In this document: piece after piece, positions 20,448-30,954 of the stretch
Numbering within the stretch: position 1 is the first letter of the stretch
Layout of the letters: every line of letters starts with the position of its first letter
Assembly (NCBI RefSeq): GCF_004010195.1
Contig: NC_057718.1
Span: forward strand, 57,859,375 to 57,923,374
Source: Chiloscyllium plagiosum
Taxonomy: Eukaryota
Direction: 5' to 3'
DNA length: 64,000 bases
Position numbers and translations under genes: made by a program
The notes under the pieces: generated by a model
Databases searched by the model: none
What the model was told of the DNA's origin: nothing
The model's input: only the letters and a program-made list of their open reading frames with translations

Positions 20448-22880
20448 ATATTTGAGACCTGATAATACAGGTGCCTGCCCTTGTTTGTGGTTCACTGTCT
20501 TGGTTCTGTTGACTTCATTCAGGGGACAGGTCCAGGAGAATCAGCAAAATCACTTCATATAAGAACACATTGCTATTGTCCATCGTATCTTTGTACCTTT
20601 TCATCTTGCAAGCCCAGATACCCAAGGCATTCAAGGAATTTATAATGAATGTGTTATGTTTTTGCTCCTAGGTGAAAGTGCTGCATTGTGCACAATCTTG
20701 CCCACATTTGTCCTGGCCTAGGTGCTCAATAAAAGGTGGATACCTGCATATGTATATTAGTATGATTTTTTTTATTCCATCATTGGACCCAGAAGAGATG
20801 GTGCTACCTTTCGGCACCTTCCCTTCCTTTCTCACTCTCATTCCAATTGGTCAATAGCAACCTGTGATGCTGAACAATTGGCTAGTTTACACGTCTTTGT
20901 GTGCATACGATTTATGACCTTGGATACACAGTCTCTGAATTCCTTTCCCCATGGTGATAACAGGATTGAACTCTACAATTGGTGAAACCCTTGGTGAAAC
21001 CCTTGGGAGAAAGGGAGAATTATAAAGCTGGGGTTTAAATCTATTTTAATTGGAATAGTTGGTCAGTTGCAACAATGTCATTCTCATATTTTTATCTCCT
21101 TCAGATATAATGACTATAGTTACAAAGCATGTCCATATCAGATTCCTTGGTGACTAAGGGATATCCAGGATTGAGTCCACTTGGGAGGACAATAAAATAT
21201 TTATGGACTGGTCCCACAATCCTTGCATAGTGCACATGGCTTGATAGATCCAGTCAGAGGAATAAAACCTTGGGGGATATGTGCATGGAACATGCACACA
21301 TCAGTAAGTCTGATCATACAGTGTGCATCGATCATGAGCTTATCGATTGTAATCCTCTTGCATCCAGTCTCTGGAGTGCCATGGAGAGATAAGGACAGAA
21401 AGAGTTTAAATACAGGCTACTGAAGCATCCCATCTGGGATAGCATTGTGGAGTCAGGGGGTACTGACTAAGCTCTTGGTCTGAGTAAAATCACATAAGTG
21501 AATAAGGCTTCACAGGCCGTTGATATGACCTGGGTAGATGCACAACCTTTTGTCAATATATAATTAAACCACTGCAGGACCGCAGAGAAAAGTCTGTGCA
21601 AATTGCACATGATGTGTGAGACCTCACAATTCCCCAGTACCAGTCACATAAACTCTAATCTCTCTTTGTTGGTAGAAAGGCAAGAGAGGCTGGACAGAGA
21701 GTGTCCAGAGAAAAATGTTTGAGGGCCTTATGGATGGTTTCATCACGGAGCTGTCCAGCTGTGCTCCAGGGGTGAAGACCAAGCTGTTGGTCTTTCTGTT
21801 TAGGGGGAGAGACACATGAATAGATTACTTCCTCCACAGGAAAGGCAACCAGAGCTCCTGTGGTTGAGACACAGAAGGCTGCTCTCTTAGAGAAGGTGGT
21901 GTCTCTGAATCATGAACTGCAGAAGGCCACAGGTACCTCCAGGTCAGAATGGACGAGCTCCTTTGCCACTTGCAGGAGCAAAATCCCGAGCTCGATGCAG
22001 AAAAGAAAAACTGCGTTGTCTTTTTTGACAACAGTTGCAACTACAGGGTGATCTGGATATCACAGAATACCAAAAGGAAAATATTCTCAGTTTTCAGACA
22101 AACTCAATGTTTGTTAAGACCCTGGCAACTGATGTATGGAGCTTGGATGTTTTATACAGCAGGTCATTTTGTGATGGAGTGCATGTCCACCTAATCACAT
22201 CTTCAATACCCCAAATCTTGCTCTGTTAAACTGAGTGCAATGAAAGATTAGCTCCATTGCTAACAATAATAATGTTGTAATTGTTTTCATCAACTACACC
22301 CCTTTGATACCTGCTCTTTCAGCATCTTCAAACATTCTGCAGCTCTTAATATCCCGTTTGACTTCAGTTGTGTTTGCTGTGATTAATTAAATTTTCCTTC
22401 TTTTGTTCCCCATCTGAAATGAGCTACACCATCTCTTCCAATCTCAGGGGTCTGCAAGGAGCAGGCCCAGGTAAATAGTCATAAATTGGAGAAGATTATG
22501 GATCTAAACAGAACAAGACAAATCAGCCCATAGTACAGCAACCAATGTCATTGTGATAATGGATATGGATGTGTGTGTTTGTTTGATATTTCTTTTGGAT
22601 GTTTACCATGGTGGTTTTTTTTAATTGTTGTCCTTTATTATATGTCGGTGTACTCCTATGGTTTGGATTTTCAATAAAATAACATCCAAAGTCTTAAATA
22701 AGTGCTGTAATTGATGTTGCTATAAGATGCATCTTCAGTGCCTTCAGACCCACAAATAACAGGTCCCCTTCACTCATATCCACTTTATATTTCATCCCTT
22801 TTGTTTGACCTGAAATAATATGGAAAATACATATTTTGGGCTGCATGAGCACCTCGTGCCACCGCCATAGCACTGGCACA
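20448..22880 (+). pseudogene. GREB1-family pseudogene, segment 4 (Walker-A-like motif, TAGT glycosyltransferase domain, C-terminus)
   Basis: LSWPRCSIKGGYLHMY at 20708-20755 (LSGPPQIGKTGAYLQF); IYDLGY (IHDPKY); QQCHSHIFISFRYNDY at 21070 (EQCHQYMGFHPRYQLY); LGGQ*NIYGLVPQS at 21181 (LGEEIQLHFIIPKS); KMFEGLMDG at ~21712 (LFNLYHAMDG); NCVVFFDNSC at 22009 (PFIVISDDSC); FCDGVHVHL at 22167 (FSRCHVHNF); LEKIM (LEKFL); PLLYVGVLLWF at 22632 (DLLFSGLLLYL); WKIHI (WQFRL). Confidence 0.85.
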
Positions 22881-22909
22881 CTGGTAGCATAAATATTGGA
22901 TCCCTACAA

Positions 22910-23095
22910 GTGCCATGACCAATATTGCTGGACCCATAACCAGTTTTATGGCACCATGACCAATATTAATGGCACCATAACCAATATTATTAGAACAATG
23001 ATCAGATTTACTGGCACCATGACTGGTTTTACTGGCACCATGATCAATATTATTGGCACTATGACCAGTTTTACATACACCATAGCCAGTATTAC
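22910..23095. repeat. 21-bp minisatellite (consensus ~GGCACCATGACCAATATTACT), about 9 diverged copies
   Basis: Recurrent ggcaccatgacc/ataacc...aatatt/agtttt units at 21-bp spacing. Confidence 0.85.
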
Positions 23096-24379
23096 ATGTA
23101 AATTATACTGGTGCTCAAATATTGTATTATATAGTCCACCAGAGCCACAATAACTTTGTTTATCATCTATACTGAAATTGGAATAACAAATTGACTGAAT
23201 CTGAAATTCAGATTATCATTTTTCAATTTTTTGTATTAGTATATTCACATACTCCCTGCTGATTTATTTACACCTTAACTCCTCATTTCCTGAGTTGAAG
23301 ACAAGGTCTATTGGGATACCCAGTGAGGTGGAGGAGGGAACATTATCTTATAAATTCTGAGGATGGAGGAGCAGCAACAGCAGAAAATCAGAATGTCCAA
23401 ATTTACCATGAGCAGCAAGATAAGGGATTGGTCTGGCACAGTCCTTCAATCAGACTCTTGCAGCGAGGGTGGGAACAATGGCCTAGGATCAACAGTAAAA
23501 ACATATATTATTTAGAATCAGGTACAGAGAACTCGGTCATTATTTTTATTGGTGATCCAGCCAACTGAACATCATTGCATTGCATTTGATCTGCTGACTG
23601 TCCTCTCACTACTACCTATTTCATATCAGCAGTTACAGCTATTTGGAAATTGCCAAATATAAATTTGTCAAGGTTAAAGGGACAACCTTGATTTCCATTT
23701 GCTTATGAGTGATAGTTCACGGCTCTAATTTAGACAGGCACTACCCTGTGCTTACAGAAACAACAACGTGGTGATGTTGGATGGCAATCTGTTGTCACCC
23801 TCCCAGTTTTTAACTGGTATCAAAAACAGAATTTTGCTACCATATTGCAAAGAAAACACAATTAGCAGGCTATAGTGCTCATTGTAGAGAAAACTTAAAG
23901 TTGCACACTCCATTTTTTGGCAGTCACATGGGAAAAGCATTGGCAATGGTTTCCACCAGGTATGGGAGGTGTCACAAGGATGGGTGAAGAGACTGGCAAA
24001 CAGACCATAGCCACCTGTAGGAGCAGAGTCTTTTGATGAATGTAGCGGTGTAGTGTTTGACTCTTAGTAGACTTTAATACTTTAATTTTTAATAGGGTGG
24101 CGTTACAAGTGAGGATAGAGTGATAGGCCGAATTGAGGCCGAAATACTGTCTTGGAAGGTGAGGACTCCAGCAGGGAAAACAGAGATCCCTGTCTCCATG
24201 AAAATTTCAGAAGCAGTTCTTCCATTGAGAAGGATGCAGAGAATGCCAGCTGTCTAGGTGATGTGATATCAGAAGGTATAAAAGTTATTTATGGTATATG
24301 CTCTGTGGTTCAACCAGGTGAGGGCCTTGCTATTTCAAAAGGTCTAAAACATTGCAGACAACATCAGCAGCCAGTCTGT

Positions 24380-25010
24380 TATAGGAGATGACAATCCTTC
24401 ACAGAGAGATAGCAGGCAAAGGATAAATTACCCTCAGCTCTCAGAATGCAAGTGTCCTTACAGACTGCATCTCTCCAGGAGACAGGGGCCTCTCCTTATG
24501 AATTGCTGGCTGTAGATATCACCTTAAATTGCTTCGATATATACCCTTTGCCTGTTACTCTTAAGATGGTTTTGAACATTTATGCATTGAAATTATTCCA
24601 GGATCTGAGCCATTTGCAGCCACTCTCATGCTTCAGTACACTGTTGCGTGAAGGTATACAGAGAAAGTGCCAATTACAACATCCCATTCACCGTAGATAA
24701 TGTTAGTCATGCTGAGAGAGCTAGATACATTGTGTGCATTGCTTGATTCCACATTGTTCAAGATGGGATCAAGGACAGGGACTGAAATCACCCACCCCAG
24801 TGCTGCTTCTGACCCTGGCTCCTGGCCTCTCCCTCTAATTCAAGCACCGTAGTTCTGCCCCCAACTCCAGCCTGGATCCCTGGCCCCCAGTTATTGAGGT
24901 TTTCACCCTGGGCCCTGGGTGTGTTGAATGTGTACATGTGACCACATACTCCATTACACCAACCAGGGAATTTCTCAGTCATGAAGACTTCTATTCCATC
25001 ATACCCCAAA
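24380..25010 (+). mobile_element. PIF/Harbinger transposase relic (HARBI1-like DDE family)
   Basis: YPLPVTLKMVLNIYALKLFQ resembles the Harbinger N-terminal LPV..K....LNF.A.GSFQ; downstream ERA...IA*F..VQ and a GV..C.HV-like motif near 24920. Confidence 0.55.
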
Positions 25011-25306
25011 GACATTGCCAAAGGATCATATGGGTGTTTGCCTGCTGTCCTGGGATAAATACTCACAGCTGATCTCCAGCATCTGCAGTCCTCACTTTCT
25101 CCCATAAATACTCACAGGTCATAGGTACTCCCAGTTGTCACAAAGGTTCTGCCCACCATAATAAAATTAATGGAAGGTTAACTTCTCAAAGACAAGAGAT
25201 AATTTCAGAATAGCTTATCAAACCAGGATCTTGTAGAGCTAACCAGATAGAAGGTTATACCAGATGTAGGTATTATACAGTGTGATAGAAATAGTCATTG
25301 ACTAAT

Positions 25307-25960
25307 GGGCGGCACGATGGCACAGTAGTTAGCACTGCTGCCTTACAGCGCCAGAGTTCAATTCCACCCCCAGGTAACTGTCTGTGTGGAGTTTGCACAT
25401 TCTCCCCGTGTCATAGAACATAGAACAATACAGCACAGGACAGGCCCTTCGGCCCATGATGTTGTGCCGAACATTTGTCCTAGCTTAAGCACCTATCCAT
25501 GTACCTATCCAATTGCCGTTTAAAGGTCACCAATGATTCTGACACTGCCACTCCCACAGGCAGCGCATTCCATGCCCCCACCACTCTCTGGGTAAAGAAC
25601 CTACCCCTGACATCCCCCTATACCTTCCACCCTTCACCTTAAATTTATGTCCCCTTGTAACACTCTGTTGTACCTGGGGAAAAAGTCTCTGACTGTCTAC
25701 TCTATCTATTCCCCTGATCATCTTATAAACCTCTATCAAGTCTGTGACCAAGTCGTGTCTGTGTGAGTTTTCTCCGGGTGCTCCTGTTTTCTCCTACAGT
25801 CCAAAGATGTGCAGGTTAGGTGGATTAGCCATGAAAAATGTAGGGTTAGAGGGATAGGGTAGGGGTTAGGTCTGGGTGGGATGCTCTTTGGAGGGTCAGT
25901 GTGGACTTGATGAGCAGAATGGCCTGCTTCCACATTGTAGGGATTCTATGATTCTATTCT
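25307..25960 (+). mobile_element. HE1-like tRNA-derived SINE split by a CR1 fragment
   Basis: gggcggcacgatggcacagtagttagcactgctgcct (A box); body resumes at ~25755 gtgtctgtgtgagttttctccggg; (attct)n tail. Confidence 0.85.
25412..25745 (-). mobile_element. CR1 3' fragment nested in a SINE
   Basis: DLIEVYKMIRGIDRVD...TRGHKFKV; catagaacatagaaca tail. Confidence 0.9.
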
Positions 25961-26059
25961 ATGGTCTCATAATGAACCAAGTTAGCAGCAATCATAATAT
26001 AATTGGCTTTTACATTCAGACTGATGGAGAGACAAATGGGTCTGAGACTATTTTGTAAA

Positions 26060-27050
26060 ATTTAAAGAAAGGGAATTTTGAGGGTATAAGAGCAGAGTTG
26101 ACTAAAATAACAAAAGGATATGTCAATAGAGATGCTGTGGTAGACACTTTAGTGGATTTTTTGGAATACACAGAATAGATACATTTCAAAGAGTAAGAAA
26201 AGTTCTAAGGTGTAGACCCACATTCTGTGGTTAACTAGAAATGTTAAAGATAGTATCAAACTGAAGAAAAAGCATATAATTATGCGAAGGTGGATGGCAG
26301 ATCAGAAGATTGGACAGAATATAAGATTAAACAGCAAAGAATGACTAAAAAATGGGTAAAAATAGAGTACTGTACAAGTAAATGCTAGCCAGAAATATAA
26401 AACTGACAGAAAGAGTTTCAATATTTATTTAAACAGGAATAGAGTTAACAAAGTATGTGTTTGTCTGACAGAACCTGAGGCTTGATAATTGAGGATAAGG
26501 AAATGGTGGACGAAGTGAACAGCAACTTTGCGTCAGTCTTCACTATAAAGTGTACAAGAAACATCCCAGGAGCAGCTCTAAATTAGGAAATATAAGGAAG
26601 GGTGGAACTCAGGAAACTCACAGTCACCAGAAATATGATACTGTGTAAACTGTTGGAGCTGCGAATTGACAAGCACCCAGTTCATGATGGACTTTATCCT
26701 AGGACCTTAAAAGAAATTTTCAGTGAGTGCACTGTTTTAATTTTACAACACTACCTTGATTCAAGGAAGGTTGATTGGAAGGTAGTGATATTCAAAAACG
26801 AGGGAGACAGAAAACAGGAAACAAGGGGGCAATTAGCTTAACATCTACCTTAAGAAAATGTTAGAAGCTATTACTAAATAAGTCACAGCGGTGTGGTGAA
26901 TAATTTCAAGGTCAACAGGTAAAGACAACATGAAAGGAAAATCATGTTTGACTAATCTATCAGTGTCCTTTGGGGAGGTGACATATTTTGTAAATAAAAG
27001 GGAACTGATGGATGTTCCATGCTTAGATTTCCAGAAAGCATGTGCCACAG
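26060..27050 (+). mobile_element. CR1 LINE ORF2 fragment, decayed
   Basis: DKHPVHDGLYPRTLKE and KGKSCLTNL...LDFQKA. Confidence 0.85.
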
Positions 27051-27059
27051 TAAAATTAA

Positions 27060-27970
27060 TTACAAAGAACATAGAACAATACAGCACAGAACAGGCCCTT
27101 CGTCCCTCGATGTTGCGCCAACCTGTGAACTAATCTAAGCCCATCACCCTACACTATCCCATCATCATTCATATGCTTATCCATGGACTGCATTGTGAAC
27201 TACTTTGGCAGACAGGGCATTCCACGCCCTTCCCACTCTCTGAGTAAAGAACTTGCCTCTGTCATCTGTCTAAAATCGATCACCCCTCAACTTGCAGCTA
27301 TGCCCCTTCGTACAAGCCGATATCATCATCCTAGGAAAAAAGACTCTCACTGTCCACCCTATCTAATCCTCTGATCATCTTGTATGTCTCTATTAAATCA
27401 CCTCTTAGCATTCTTCTCTCCAATGAGAATAGACCCAAGTCTCTCAGCCTTTCCTCATAAGACCTTCACTTCAGACCAGGCAATATCCTGATAAATCTCC
27501 TCTGCACCTTCTCCAATGTTTCCACATCCTTCCTGTAATGGGGCGACCAGAACTGCACACAATATTCCAAGTGAGACTGCACTAGTGTCTTGAACAGTTG
27601 CAGCGTGACATCACGGCTCCGCAACTCAATCCCTCTACCAATAAACTCTAACACACCGTATGCCTTCTTAAGAGCACTATCAACCTGGGTGGCAACTTTC
27701 AGGGATCTATGTATATGAACATCAAGAACTCTCTGCACATCCACATAACCAAGAATCTTTCCATCTTCCTGTTATTCTTCCAAAAGTGAATCACCTCACA
27801 ATTATCTGCATTGAACTCCATTTGCCACCTTTCAGCCCAGTTCTGCAGTTCATCCAAGTCCCTCTGCAACCTGCAACATTCTTCCTCACTGTCCACCACT
27901 CCACCAACTTTAGTGTCATCACTTCATAACCCATTCACCCATGCCTGCGTCCATGTCATTTATAATACTT
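27060..27970 (-). mobile_element. CR1 LINE RT C-terminus and 3' end
   Basis: LQNWAERWQMEFNADNCEV; HLEYCVQFWSPHYRKDV. Confidence 0.93.
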
Positions 27971-28079
27971 AACAAGTGATACAATTTCATAAGTATGGTA
28001 AATAAAACCCATGGCACATATTGGTATGCTGTTATAAAATGTATATTTTTCTTGAACACATTTCAAGAACTCTGTTCCC

Positions 28080-29050
28080 TCTAAACTATTTATATTATAT
28101 TTATCGCAATTTATAGTGGGGTAGTTGAAATCCTCTCACATAATTGCTGCCATTATTTTTCCATACCTTAGTGAATTGACTGTATATCTGCTCCTCAATT
28201 GCCGGCTGACTATTTAGGGACCTATATTACACTCCTAACAGTGGTGATTTTCCCCTTTTTATTCATAAGCTCTACCTACTTGACAGCTTTTCCAAAATAT
28301 TATCACTCTTTAGTGCAGTAACTCACTCCCTAACGAATAATGTCACACTACCTCCTCGTTGCACCCTCTTCTATCTTCACCGAAGTTCTTAAACCTGGAA
28401 TGTTGGGTTGCTAATCTTGTCCCTCCCTCAACTATATCTTTGTGATGGTAATAACATTGTAATTCCACATACTTAACTCATCTGTCTTAACTCTGATACT
28501 CCTGGCATTAAAGTAGACACCATCCAGCCTACCTTACTCCATTGAGAAACTCCATGACTGAACTTGCTCTGCCTTCATTCCTTTTCTAAGTTATGCTGTG
28601 TCGCACTAAATTAATACACTCTGTACCCTGCCCTTACTAAACTCCTCCTGTAGCACTAGCAAACCCTCTGCAAGGCTACTGAAATTATTTTGGCTCATAG
28701 AAATCCCATCTTCCCCAGAAATGATCCCAGTGATCCAGGAATCAAAACCCTCCCTGTTGTATCAACTCGAGCCATGGATTCATCTGCTCTATCCTCCTAT
28801 TTCTGTGCTTGGTAACATGTGCCACCAGGAGTAATTCTGAGATGAAAACCTTTAGGTCCTGCTCTTTAGTCTACTAACTAGCTGTCTGAATTCTGTAGGA
28901 CATCGTACCCTGTTCTCCCTATATCATTGGTACCAACATTGGTAGCACGATCTCTGTCTTATCATCCTCCTGCTTCCAGATGCCCTGCAGTCACTCACTA
29001 AGATCCCTGACCCTGGCACTGGGGAGGCAACACGCCATCTTGGAGTCAGG
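28080..29050 (-). mobile_element. Old CR1 5' region (ORF1 / endonuclease) fragment
   Basis: Reverse complement contains ccaatgttggtaccaatgatatag (VGTND-like esterase motif) and tgttgcctccccagtgccaggg (CLP.AR). Confidence 0.6.
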
Positions 29051-30857
29051 ATTTTATTGAATAATGCAGCAGACCTGAAATGCCAAATGGCCAATCCTGC
29101 TCCGAATTGATGTATTAATCTGTTTGTGTGTGTCTACCCTCTGAAGTGATGGCTTATGAGCCCGGTGAGACAGGGTGCATTCCAATGAGAGGCACAAATC
29201 TACCAGGAATGTTATTCAACAGACCACTAGTCTGGAGAGACACTGGCAGAGGGTATTTTAACATCCTCCCTTGGTGGGGCTGAGGATGTCTAAGGATGGA
29301 CAGAAGCTTATCAAATTGTTGGGCCATCCATGATTTGTTCACAATATTTAGTCTGGATAGGTGCCAGAGCAAGTGAAATATAGTCAAGGAGTTTTTCAGC
29401 CTCTGTGGAGAGATAGAGCAAAAGGGTAGAATATGACTCTTTTTATGAAAAGATTATTCAGAAGGGGAAAAGGGTCAAGTAAGCTCCAATGTTATTTCCT
29501 CTCTGGCATGAATCCTGAACTGACAACCATCCATATGCTCTCATCCAATGTTGCTTCATGGCTTCAGTATCCGAGTTGGCTACTGCCTACTTCAATAAAA
29601 CATTACCTCCAAATGTGGATTTCTCATGAAATTGCTGTGAAACCTGATGCCAGAATGTGTGGCCATGACCAATGTCCAGTTTACAGCTTAACCCTGCTCC
29701 CACTGGTCTTGAGGCCTCCTTCCTGATGCTAACTGGCTAACCCTCCTGCCGGGTGGCCACTACTTGGCCGATGGTTCCTTGACTTGCCCACGCTGAAATA
29801 GCAGGGCTGGGAGTGAAAGGGCCATATCCTTTCTGTCTGTCTCCAATCCCATTCCAGATTCTGAAAAATTATGAAACTATAGGTCTGACTGTCTAAAAGT
29901 CTCACCTTATGACGCCTTAATGGGGAAGGAAGCTATTTTAACATGTATAAAGCAACTTACTTAGCAGTTCTTGTGAAAAAAAGTTGAATAAAATGTATTA
30001 CTCAGTTATGTCTTATTCCAACTCCTGATGTGCACGATGTAGATAATGAGTTCCTATTTCAGAATTTCAAAAAAAAAAAGACCTTGGCACAGGACCAATG
30101 CCCTCCATTTGTCGAAAGTAAAGCAGATGTGGTATTCTGCTACAGATATGAAGAATGATCTGTGAAGGAACCACAGTGAACTTATGGCAACACATTTGGT
30201 GTGAGAATGCAACCATTAGAGAATCTGTGTACACAGCTTTAAACATATCTTCAACAGTATAAGAAGTTTTTTTCTCAAATTTGAAAATATTTTTGTTTAT
30301 TCATTCATTTTGTTAGCTAAGAAGAAATGTTAATAATTCATTACCACTGATTTTAAAAGTGCTTTTTCACTGCAGTAACATGCAGAGATATAACTCGTAC
30401 TGTCTGTTAAACAAGAAAACATAGGTGTTACCTGTCTCCTCAATTGTTTAAGTGCCTGAGAAACCTGTAATCATTTGGACTGTCAGTAGCACTGAGTTTG
30501 TTTTCTGACCAGGAATTTATAATTTTAGCAATAAAACATGATATCAACTGTGACCAAAAGTACTAAAATTGATTAAGTTAGTTTGATAGCTTAACTGCAT
30601 TGCTGTACTATGGTTCAATGCAGTGGGTGTGGATTATCTGCAGTCTGCATAATTGACCTAAGACTAATTGGTTATGTTGGAATAGAAACTAGAAAAGAGT
30701 GGAATTACACAACAAATTCTGACTTTTCCAGTTAAGCTCAACGTAAGCTTTAGGAACAAGGTTTATCTTTCAATTAGGCACATTACAGCCTTCCAGATTC
30801 AACAGAGTTCAACAACTCCAGACTGTAACATTGTTTTCATTGTGTGCTGCCATGTGT

Positions 30858-30929
30858 GGGCTTGTGGCGCAACGAGAGTGCATCTGACTCCAGATGAGAA
30901 GGTTGCGTGTTCAAATCACGTCAGACTCA
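30858..30929 (+). tRNA. tRNA-Trp (CCA) pseudogene
   Basis: gggcttgtggcgcaacgagagtgcatctgactCCAgatgagaaggttgcgtgttcaaatcacgtcagactca is collinear with vertebrate tRNA-Trp; mismatches in the acceptor and anticodon stems and loss of D-loop GG. Confidence 0.85.
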
Positions 30930-30954
30930 CTGTGCTTAATTGAAGCTCAATTTC

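Noticed and set aside
20982..21006. 12-bp tandem duplication ggtgaaaccctt inside the GREB1-like relic
   Set aside because: Real but trivial slippage-type duplication; being in frame is not evidence of function given the surrounding stops.
21825..22040. SAVHDS peptide on the - strand resembling the Harbinger GS.HDS motif
   Set aside because: Isolated match without the surrounding DDE motifs; the + strand explains the region as the TAGT domain.
22910..23095. Regularly spaced repeats considered as a CRISPR-like array
   Set aside because: Units are contiguous tandem copies with no unique spacers, the context is eukaryotic and there are no cas genes.
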